DNA from: a virus
Direction: 5' to 3' (one strand)
Length of the DNA: 41,608 nt
IMG/VR virus record: IMGVR_UViG_3300032080_000012
Span: 1 to 41,608 of that record
The first letter of the stretch is position 1. The number at the start of each line of letters is the position of its first letter. A program made the translations under genes and the position numbers. The notes under the pieces are model-generated. The model was given only the letters and a program-made list of their open reading frames with translations. It ran no database searches and was not told the DNA's origin. This document shows, piece by piece, positions 1 through 6,939 of the stretch.

Positions 1-127
1 CACTCCACGCGTACCCCGGAGCCGATGGCAGCGTCGTCCTGCGCGCCCACCTTGACCGTGCGCACGACCGGCAGCGAGATGCCGGTGATGGCCAGGCGGG
101 TGACGATCGCCGGGGCCCCGCCGGTCG
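1..127. repeat. terminal direct repeat, copy 1 (assembly overlap of a circular or concatemeric genome)
   Basis: Bases 1..127 match 41482..41608 base for base. The repeat lies inside an open reading frame, so the window is a circularly permuted genome of unit length 41481 bp. Confidence 0.9.
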
Positions 128-1088
128 TGAGGGTGACGGTGACCGCTCGGCCGGATGTGCGGGACAGCGTGGCGGTCACGGTGCCGTCGGTGGTCGCCAC
201 GATCGACGCGTCGTAGAACGGGTCGGTGGCGGACGCCTCAAGCACCACGGTGTCGTTGGCGCCCAGGCTGATCGCGTCGTCGGAGGACCACACCACGGTG
301 TCGGCGGCCGGCGCACGCTGATCGACGGAGAACGTCGCCGCGTTCGCGATGTAGGTCAGGCCGTCGTCGTACTCGCGCTTGGTGAGGACCTTCAGCGCGC
401 CGCCCGGGCCGGCGGTCGCGAGGGCGCCGGTGAACGTGGCCTGCGAGACCATGCTCTCGGTGCGCGTGATCCGGTGGTGCCGATCGCGGAACACGAACGT
501 TCCACCTTGCACGTAGGCGATGGCCGGCGGGCCCTCGGAGGCAACGAGCCGGTCGATGGCTGTCGCCGCGTCCTCGCCCTCGGCCCACCACCATGGGATC
601 CAGGTGGCGCCGGAGTCGAGGTCGCGGCCGCCGGTCCAGCCGATGGCATCAAGGATCAGGCCGATGGCGGTGCCCGTGCGGACGCCGGCGTGCAGCGGCG
701 TCGACAGTTTCTCCGCGCCAGGCAGGCCCCAGGCGTCGATGACGTCGAACCGGGCGGCCTTCGCCGGGTCGTCCAGGTCGATCTTCACCGACTTGCCGAC
801 GCCGACCAGCAGATCCGTGCCGAGGTAGGACACCTTCGCCTTGCGGCCGGAGGTGACTCGGCCCGCGAGCGGCGAGGCGGTGTTCGCGTTCGAGTAGCGC
901 TTGTCGCCGTTGTCCAAGCTGAACTCGAACGTGCCCGAGACCATCGGCCCGTTCGCCCGAGCCGAGTCGCGGCCGTAGACCACCTCGAGGACGTCGTCGA
1001 GCACCTTGCTGGTGACGTCGTCGTACGGGCCGGTGAAGTCGCCGGCACCGGAGAAGTCGTAGCCGACGGCATACCCGTTGGAGGCCAC
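1..1088 (-). CDS. minor tail protein, distal-tail (Dit)-like; 5' part of a gene that wraps around the window ends
   Basis: GTG at 1088 overlaps the TMP stop (TAGTG). Hand translation gives VASNGYAVGYDFSGAGDFTGPYDD...TWIPWWWAEGEDAATAIDRLVASEGPPAIAYVQGGTFVFRDR... The frame stays open to base 1 and joins (..LPVVRTVKVGAQDDAAIGSGVRVEW..) to ORF 41049..41546 through the 127-nt overlap. 1088+433 nt = 1521 nt, divisible by 3 (506 aa). It occupies the slot directly after the tape measure. Confidence 0.8.
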   Translation of the reverse strand, partial: MASNGYAVGYDFSGAGDFTGPYDDVTSKVLDDVLEVVYGRDSARANGPMVSGTFEFSLDNGDKRYSNANTASPLAGRVTSGRKAKVSYLGTDLLVGVGKSVKIDLDDPAKAARFDVIDAWGLPGAEKLSTPLHAGVRTGTAIGLILDAIGWTGGRDLDSGATWIPWWWAEGEDAATAIDRLVASEGPPAIAYVQGGTFVFRDRHHRITRTESMVSQATFTGALATAGPGGALKVLTKREYDDGLTYIANAATFSVDQRAPAADTVVWSSDDAISLGANDTVVLEASATDPFYDASIVATTDGTVTATLSRTSGRAVTVTLTTGGAPAIVTRLAITGISLPVVRTVKVGAQDDAAIGSGVRVE

Positions 1089-3646
1089 TAAATCCTCCGC
1101 TTGTCCCGGGCTGCCCGGACGGCTTCGACGACCAGGTCCTCGGCGTCACGCTTCGACTTCACGATCACACCGCTGTGGATGTTCACGATGATGGTGTCGC
1201 CGGCAATCGCCCTCATGGCCGCCGGGCCAGCAATCGGCTCCGGCTTACCGGTGCCGTTGGGGATCATGTTCATGCCCGGCTGCAGCATCCGGAAGCCGCC
1301 GTCATCCATGGCGATGTGGTCGTGGGCGTTGCCGCCGGCGAAGTTGTGCTGATTCCAGACCGCGCCGGTGTAACGGTGCCGCCTGCCGTGCAGGCGGTTG
1401 AACTGCTGGTAAGGCGTGATGGCCTCGGTGGTGCGGCTGCCGTACAGCCGGTCCCAGCCCTCGGCCAGCTTCCGGCTGGGCGAGAAGTCTCGAGCACGGT
1501 CCAGAGCGTGCAGCGACTGGTTGCCAGACAAGGTCCGGGCACCCGGCCGGAAACCGGAAATAACACGGGCGGCCGAGTCGATCGCCTTCGCAGCCCGCTC
1601 AATCCATGGCCCGGTGCGCCCGCCGGAAGGTACCGCCGGGATCACCTTCGATAGCGCCAGCGCCTTCGGCATCACGTAGGAGTCGGACACGTCGACCGGG
1701 AACCGCATGTACTTCGAGGTCTCGACCGGAGCGACCAGGCCGCCGCGGGCGTATCCCGGCAGCTTGCCGGTTGCGTGCAGCTCCTCGAGGAAGCCCGGCG
1801 CCTGCCGCCGGACCTTGGCGGTGGTCTCCTTGTTCACGACCCACTCGCCGCCGTGCACGATGCCCTTGGGCTCGTACTTGCCGCCGTCGCCGGTATAGCC
1901 ACCCGTGTGCAGCGAGCGCATCGCCGCGGTGCCCTCGTACCGCACAGCGTTGATGGTCTTGCCCTCGGCCAGGGCGCGCTGCGCGAGGTAGACCCGCTTC
2001 AGCTCGATGACGACCTGGTTGATGCCCTCGACGACGAGATCCGTCGCCTTCCGCGGCGGGATCTGCCCGTACGTCTTGATCAGGTCGCGGGTCTTCTTCT
2101 CATTGAAGCCGAGCTTGTCGGCCTCCTTGACGATCGCCGCGGTGCGGTTCTCGTGCTTCTTGCGCGCTGAGTCCACCGACTGGCCGGCGGCGATGTTCGC
2201 CAGGTACAGGTCATTGTTGCTGCCGAGCAGTCCCTGGAGCACGTCGCGGTTGGCGCGGCCGGCCGCCGAGTTGATGTCCAGCGTCGCCTTGTTCGTCTTC
2301 ACCGACGACGACAGGTCGTCCCAGCTGGCCTGGTACGCCTCGTTCGCGTCGGTGTTGCGGATCGCCGCGCCGTAGAGGTTGTCCATCGCGGCGCGCAGCG
2401 CGTCCGAGGTCCGCGCCGCGGTGGTGTTCTTGCCGCCGAGCGAGTCGAGGGTGCGCTGCAGGCCCTGCTGGGAGGTGGCGAGCGCCTCGTTGGCGGCCTT
2501 CAGGCCCTCCTGCTTCTTCTTCAGCTCCTCGGCGGACAGCGTCACCTTGATGGTGGTGCCGTTCAGCTCGTTGTAGCCGCCGGCCAGCTTGCGAGCGGAG
2601 AAGGTGCCGCTCTCCATCTCGCCGCCGGTCAACTTCAGCATGGCCTGAAGTCCGAAGTCGCCGCCGATGGCCTTGTTGATCTCGTACAGCTCGGTGAGGG
2701 CGTTGACCAGCTGGAACGTCGACTGGGTTACGCTGCCGACGACGTCGAACAGGGTGCGGAGCGCGTCCGCGCCTGCGGCGCTGTTGTCGGCCAGGCTCGA
2801 CATGCCCTCGCCGGCGCGCTTGCCGATCAGGGCGATGCCGTCGCTGATCGCCGCGATCGGCCCGACAGCATTGTCGACGAGCTTGCCCAGCGCCTCGCCC
2901 AGGTCGATGACGGCCGAGGCGACGCCGGCGGTCAGCGGCTGCACGAACGTCGACGACTTGGCGAGGATGCCCTCGATGTCGATCGCGCTGAGGGCCCGGC
3001 GGACCTCCTTGAGGCCGGCTAGGGCAGGGCCGACGAACGCGCCGCCGGCTTGGTTGAGGCGGTCGGAGAGCTGGTCGCCGAGGTCCTTGGCGGCGGACTG
3101 GACGCGCTCGTCCTTGGCCGCCAGCTTCAGGCCACCGACGACGCCGCCGATTCCCGCCCCGCCGATGATCCCACCGGCCACCGCGGCGCCCAGCAGTGGC
3201 GCGGCAGATGCGGCTGCGGCGGCCAGGCCGACCGACATCGGGCCGCCGATGGGGATCTTGGCGAGCAGGGGGCCGAGGCGCTGCGTCAGGCTGAGCGCGA
3301 GCTCGGGTGCTGCATCGCCGCCGACGTCGCCGAGGGTCTTGCGGAACCGGCCGATCTCCTTCAGTGCCTGCTCGGCGCGGACCTTGATCTCAACGGTGGA
3401 GGCGGTACGCGACAGCGCCTGCAGGCGCGCCTCGGTGGTGCCGATCGCGGCAAGGGCGGACTTCGGGTCCGCCTTGACGTCGATCGACTGCAAGTCCAGC
3501 CGCGCCAGCGCCCGATTGAGCTGGCCGCCGAGCTGCTTGCCGGCTTTGCCGCCGGCGTCCTGCCGAGCGAGCTGCGTCCTCAGGCTCGTGTCGAACTTGC
3601 TGACGTCCGGAGTTACCTCGATGTAGGCGCGGCGAAGGACGCTCAC
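1088..3646 (-). CDS. tail tape measure protein
   Basis: 852 aa and the largest gene of the tail module. Ala/Gly-rich helical regions, a hydrophobic GGPMSVGLAAAAASAAPLLGAAVAGGIIGGAGIGGVVGG segment, and the TMP-typical motif GGYTGDGGKYEPKGIVHGGEWVVNKE. GTG start. Flanked by chaperone genes and the Dit-like gene. Confidence 0.9.
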   Translation of the reverse strand: MSVLRRAYIEVTPDVSKFDTSLRTQLARQDAGGKAGKQLGGQLNRALARLDLQSIDVKADPKSALAAIGTTEARLQALSRTASTVEIKVRAEQALKEIGRFRKTLGDVGGDAAPELALSLTQRLGPLLAKIPIGGPMSVGLAAAAASAAPLLGAAVAGGIIGGAGIGGVVGGLKLAAKDERVQSAAKDLGDQLSDRLNQAGGAFVGPALAGLKEVRRALSAIDIEGILAKSSTFVQPLTAGVASAVIDLGEALGKLVDNAVGPIAAISDGIALIGKRAGEGMSSLADNSAAGADALRTLFDVVGSVTQSTFQLVNALTELYEINKAIGGDFGLQAMLKLTGGEMESGTFSARKLAGGYNELNGTTIKVTLSAEELKKKQEGLKAANEALATSQQGLQRTLDSLGGKNTTAARTSDALRAAMDNLYGAAIRNTDANEAYQASWDDLSSSVKTNKATLDINSAAGRANRDVLQGLLGSNNDLYLANIAAGQSVDSARKKHENRTAAIVKEADKLGFNEKKTRDLIKTYGQIPPRKATDLVVEGINQVVIELKRVYLAQRALAEGKTINAVRYEGTAAMRSLHTGGYTGDGGKYEPKGIVHGGEWVVNKETTAKVRRQAPGFLEELHATGKLPGYARGGLVAPVETSKYMRFPVDVSDSYVMPKALALSKVIPAVPSGGRTGPWIERAAKAIDSAARVISGFRPGARTLSGNQSLHALDRARDFSPSRKLAEGWDRLYGSRTTEAITPYQQFNRLHGRRHRYTGAVWNQHNFAGGNAHDHIAMDDGGFRMLQPGMNMIPNGTGKPEPIAGPAAMRAIAGDTIIVNIHSGVIVKSKRDAEDLVVEAVRAARDKRRI

Positions 3647-3975
3647 CGGTCACCACCGGGCGCGATGACGCCGTTCTTGATCGCCGCCGGCACAAGGTGC
3701 GGCCGTGGCGCCACACCCTCCCGGCCGTTCTCGACGATCCAGCCGTACCAGCCTTTGTCGCCCCAGCCGACAGCGAAGCCCTCGATACCAGTGTCCAGGT
3801 CGGTGATCTCCTCGACGGCGATATGCCGGGCCAGGTTGCCGGATCGCTTCGGGGCACCGCGCCGAGCGTCGCGCTGAACGGCCTTAGCGACCCTGCGTGC
3901 CTCGTCCTGCGGGCCGGCGCTGTTGGCGAGATCGCGCAGCGCCCGCGGGTCGCTGGGCCGGTTGTCGATGCGCAC
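3643..3975 (-). CDS. HK97 gp10-like neck/tail-completion family protein (unusual position)
   Basis: 110 aa. The pattern RRGAPKRSGNLARHIAVEE...GFAVGWGDKGWYGWIVENGREGVAPRPHLVPAA matches the gp10-family signature as I recall it (AP.xTG.L...I, Y..xVE.G, pPFL.PA). ATGA-type overlap with the TMP start. Confidence 0.6.
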   Translation of the reverse strand: MRIDNRPSDPRALRDLANSAGPQDEARRVAKAVQRDARRGAPKRSGNLARHIAVEEITDLDTGIEGFAVGWGDKGWYGWIVENGREGVAPRPHLVPAAIKNGVIAPGGDR

Positions 3976-3987
3976 GGCAGCCGCCCT

Positions 3988-4682
3988 TCAGCCCGGAGCA
4001 CGGGCGCTGTTGATCGCGTCGACCACGGCGCGAATGCGCCGTTCCTCGGCTATCTCGGACTCCAGGACCGGCGCGGCCAGCTGCTGGTGGAAGCCGCACA
4101 GGCCGCATTCGGGGTTGACCTGGCCGGGCTTGCAGTCGTCGCCGTGCTGGCGCCCCGCGCGCAGGTGCTCATAGGTGATGTTCAGCAGCAGCCGGGTGGA
4201 GATGTCGTTCAGCCAGCCGAGACCAGGGCGCCCGATGCCGAGGTGGGCGAGTCCTGGGTATCCGAGGCAGATGAGTTCGAGCTGTCGGAAGTTATGGGCA
4301 GCCCATCCGGCGAGGTGGGCTGCGGCCCGGTAGGAAAATCGACCTGGATACCTACCAGCGAAAATGCCAGCTTGAGCAGCTCTTCGATGGTGCACCTGCG
4401 GTCGGTGGCCAGTTCCTCAAACCGGTCGAACTCGGACCAGTCTGGATCAGTTTTGGAGGCCGGATCACCAGGGATGGTGAGGGCGTATTGCAGGGCCTTG
4501 TAGACCACGGCGAAACCCTCGACGCTGCCGATTTCGCCGTGCATGAGCGCGCCGAGTCGGATAACGAGCATCGGCGGGATGATGCCGTGGACGGTGAACT
4601 CACTGTCGAAGAAGTCGAAGGTGTCGCGTTCCGCTTCCGGGTCGAGCTCCCGGGCGGCCGCACCGAATGAGCCGAGCTTCAC
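3988..4682 (-). CDS. tail assembly chaperone, -1 frameshift (G-T type) fusion product
   Basis: The G frame stops at 4209. The frame one nt back (stop at 3988) is open from 4395 and encodes protein-like sequence ..GYPGLAHLGIGRPGLGWLNDISTRLLLNITYEHLRAGRQHGDDCKPGQVNPECGLCGFHQQLAAPVLESEIAEERRIRAVVDAINSARAPG. On the minus strand the coordinate phases 4209 mod 3 = 0 and 3988 mod 3 = 1 correspond to a -1 shift. The slip site is not identified. Confidence 0.55.
4209..4682 (-). CDS. tail assembly chaperone (G-type, unshifted product)
   Basis: 157 aa, acidic, with a Ser/Thr/Asp-rich C-terminus. Lies between the major tail gene and the TMP, with an overlapping -1 ORF downstream. ATGA overlap with the upstream ORF. 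Confidence 0.65.
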   Translation of the reverse strand: MKLGSFGAAARELDPEAERDTFDFFDSEFTVHGIIPPMLVIRLGALMHGEIGSVEGFAVVYKALQYALTIPGDPASKTDPDWSEFDRFEELATDRRCTIEELLKLAFSLVGIQVDFPTGPQPTSPDGLPITSDSSNSSASDTQDSPTSASGALVSAG

Positions 4683-4945
4683 CGGGTCTCACCGAGCCCG
4701 TAGGCCTTGAACGCGGCCATGTACGCCTGCTGGAAGGCGGACGGCGCGTCCTTGAAGAGGGCCAGGACGGTGTCCTTCGGCAGGCTCCACACCGCGAACG
4801 TGAGCATGGCACCCGCGTTCGCCTTGAGGATGAGATCCTGCTCGATCAGACTGCCGCCCGCGACCAGCTCAGTCGCGGCGAACGCGTCGTCGGACAGTTC
4901 CACGGGCCCGTGCGAGGTCATGTCGAGCGGTGTCGGTTCCGGCAT
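4679..4945 (-). CDS. hypothetical protein (tail module)
   Basis: 88-aa ORF with normal composition, between the major tail and chaperone genes. Its stop overlaps the next start (ATGA). Confidence 0.55.
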   Translation of the reverse strand: MPEPTPLDMTSHGPVELSDDAFAATELVAGGSLIEQDLILKANAGAMLTFAVWSLPKDTVLALFKDAPSAFQQAYMAAFKAYGLGETR

Positions 4946-5022
4946 TGCTTCTCCTGTGGCGGCGCTGGCGGCTTGGACGGGACCGGACGCCGCCAGGAAT
5001 CCGGTCCCGTCGATCAGGTGGA

Positions 5023-5613
5023 TCAGACGGCCAGGGCGAGCGCGCCCGAGGTGAATCGCTTGTACGGCGTGGTGTAGCCGGTCGCGGGGATCTCGGCATT
5101 CATCTCGAACGACAGCCCGGCCTTGGTCTCGAAGCTGCCGCGCACGTACTCGACCTGAGCCACGTTGAAGACCTGCGGAAACACCAGGATCTCGTCGTTG
5201 CCGTTCGACTGGAACGCCAGCATCACGCGAACCTCGGCGTCGGCCAGCGGCGGCACGTACTCGACCGACTTCGTGGTCGTCGAGCCGGTGACGGTGGTCG
5301 AGCCGCCGTTCATGGCGAGCTTCCAGATCACGTCCGTGATCTCGTTCGCGACGAACGAGATCCGGCTCGTCTTGGAGGTGACGACCGTTCGAACCGCGTA
5401 CTTCGACTCCGCGACACGGATCTCAGCGGTCTCGGTCGCCTCGGTGTAGGTCATGCCCGCGTCGGTCGGGCCGGCGTCGAGCCAGTTCGTCCACGTCGGG
5501 TTGAAGATTGACCCGACTGCGGCGAACGACGGGATGGCGGTCAGCAGCGGCGCGTACCGGATCCGGCCAGGGCCGGTCTGGATCGCTGCTGGAGTGATCG
5601 GGGGAACAGCCAC
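5023..5613 (-). CDS. major tail (tube) protein
   Basis: 196 aa, beta-rich and Thr/Val-rich (..GMTYTEATETAEIRVAESKYAVRTVVTSKTSRISFVANEITDVIWKLA..). In the canonical slot upstream of the chaperones and TMP. Confidence 0.7.
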   Translation of the reverse strand: MAVPPITPAAIQTGPGRIRYAPLLTAIPSFAAVGSIFNPTWTNWLDAGPTDAGMTYTEATETAEIRVAESKYAVRTVVTSKTSRISFVANEITDVIWKLAMNGGSTTVTGSTTTKSVEYVPPLADAEVRVMLAFQSNGNDEILVFPQVFNVAQVEYVRGSFETKAGLSFEMNAEIPATGYTTPYKRFTSGALALAV

Positions 5614-5616
5614 GGA

Positions 5617-5892
5617 TCAGCCCTCCGTCTTGGTCGCGGTGGCGCTGTCCGAGCCGGAGCTCTTCGCGCGCGTGCCGGTGGTCTGGAAGTCCTCGACCGG
5701 ACGGCCGGTGATCTTGGCCTGGACCTCGGCGGCGGCCTTGGTGCCGAGCGCCGCGACGTGGTCCTGCCAGCCGTTGTCGTTGACGGCCTGCTCGGTGATG
5801 GTCTGGCCTTCGGTGTAGGCAAGGACGCCGCTGGGGGCGATGTCCTTCACCACAAGGAAATGGCGCTCAGCCACGGTGCTCCTCCTGGTCAT
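5617..5892 (-). CDS. hypothetical protein (between tail terminator and major tail genes)
   Basis: 91-aa ORF. ATGA overlap with the upstream gene stop. An internal GTG (VAERHF..) is an alternative start. Confidence 0.5.
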   Translation of the reverse strand: MTRRSTVAERHFLVVKDIAPSGVLAYTEGQTITEQAVNDNGWQDHVAALGTKAAAEVQAKITGRPVEDFQTTGTRAKSSGSDSATATKTEG

Positions 5893-6293
5893 GCGGGGTG
5901 AACGGTGAAGGCCACGTCACAGCGGTAGCGGGGCCGGTTGGTGTCCTCGTCGGGCGACCACAGCGGTGCGAGGCGCACGTCAGCGCCGGTGACGTGGCCG
6001 TCGGTGACGGCCTGGCCGACAAGGTCATAGGCGGCGCTCGCGGCGGTGCGGGCGAGCAGGTTCGCGGCGGCCTTGTCGCCGTCGTCGCGGGCTGCCCACG
6101 CGGAGAGCTGGAACTCGACGGTGGCCTCCCACGGCCACGGCTGCGTCCCGCCGAGCGCGGTCACCTGCAGGCAGGCAAGGTCGGTGGCCAGCTCGGTCGA
6201 GACGCGGCCGCCGATCAGCGGGGTGAGGCTGGCGTGAGCGGCGAGGAAGGTGACGAGTTCTTGCTCCATGTCCGGAAGCACGGCAAACGCCAC
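5889..6293 (-). CDS. tail terminator / tail-completion protein (DUF3168-like)
   Basis: 134 aa. GTG start preceded by GGAGGTGA. Size, position upstream of the major tail gene and overall pattern resemble DUF3168/gpU-type proteins. Assigned from memory of the family only. Confidence 0.5.
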   Translation of the reverse strand: MAFAVLPDMEQELVTFLAAHASLTPLIGGRVSTELATDLACLQVTALGGTQPWPWEATVEFQLSAWAARDDGDKAAANLLARTAASAAYDLVGQAVTDGHVTGADVRLAPLWSPDEDTNRPRYRCDVAFTVHPA

Positions 6294-6327
6294 AGCTCAC
6301 CTCCGGCACTGGCCTTAAGCTGGGCGG

Positions 6328-6606
6328 ATGCTGTATTACGCGCCTGCCGGGACGTCGATCGAGGACCTGAGTACGTGGACGCCACTGGGTGTGGCCGAGC
6401 CGTTCGAACTGCCGTACGTGCCCACCGACCCGCTCGACGAGGTGGACCTGGCGCCGCTCCCGTTCGCCGGACGCACGTTCAGCGCATCCGTCACATTCCC
6501 GCTGGCCGACTTCAACCCGTACGGCTACTGGGTGCTCTTCCGCCGCCGCCACCCGCGCGTAGCCGCTATGCACCGCGCCTACCGCCGGAAGACCCGCAGG
6601 CGCTAG
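6328..6606 (+). CDS. hypothetical protein, reverse-oriented inside the structural operon; basic C-terminal tail
   Basis: 92-aa ORF, MLYYAPAGTSIEDLSTWTPLGVAEPFELPYVPTDPLDEVDLAPLPFAGRTFSASVTFPLADFNPYGYWVLFRRRHPRVAAMHRAYRRKTRRR. Third codon positions are about 85-90% G/C by hand count, and composition is protein-like. It fills an otherwise 309-nt gap between two minus-strand genes, and the only minus ORF there is Arg-rich shadow. Its stop shares CTAG with the convergent gene. Confidence 0.6.
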   Translation: MLYYAPAGTSIEDLSTWTPLGVAEPFELPYVPTDPLDEVDLAPLPFAGRTFSASVTFPLADFNPYGYWVLFRRRHPRVAAMHRAYRRKTRRR

Positions 6607-6929
6607 CCCGTCGTGACGCGGCGCAGCATGGCGCGGACGTGGTGCAACTGGCCCTGCCGGTACGAGCGCATGACGTCGCCGTCGACCTCGTAGGTGTCGC
6701 CGTCGAACACGACCCGGTCCGTCGACTCCAGGTCCAGGGTGTGGTCGCCGAAGATCTTGCCCCGGGTGATGGTCTTGGCTTCGTCGCCGATCACCTCGTT
6801 GACCGACTTCGTCGACCAGTGCACAAGGAAGTCCGTCTCGGTGGCGGCCGCCCAGTTGCGCGAGGAGTTGCCGTACCCGGCGGAGACCAGCGGGGCGCGC
6901 AGGCGGGTGATGGTGTCGTGCAGCTGCAT
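6603..6929 (-). CDS. head closure protein (HK97 gp9 / SPP1 gp16-like)
   Basis: ATG at 6929 (residue 50 of track ORF 6603..7076) preceded by GGGAGG. The 108-aa product MQLHDTITRLRAPLVSAGYGNSSRNWAAATETDFLVHW...DRVVFDGDTYEVDGDV fits the head-closure family pattern. Confidence 0.65.
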   Translation of the reverse strand: MQLHDTITRLRAPLVSAGYGNSSRNWAAATETDFLVHWSTKSVNEVIGDEAKTITRGKIFGDHTLDLESTDRVVFDGDTYEVDGDVMRSYRQGQLHHVRAMLRRVTTG

Positions 6930-6939
6930 CACGCCTCCC

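Noticed and set aside
1-127. Genuine direct terminal repeat marking physical phage genome ends.
   Set aside because: The repeat lies in the middle of an intact tail gene, and its length equals a common assembler k-mer. An HNH/terminase arrangement with a candidate cos gap lies elsewhere, at about 18.0-18.2 kb.
4209-4395. Canonical X-XXY-YYZ slippery heptamer for the chaperone frameshift.
   Set aside because: Reading the whole overlap in the zero frame, I found none. I report only the overlapping -1 ORF and two T4 runs as candidates, and I name no site.
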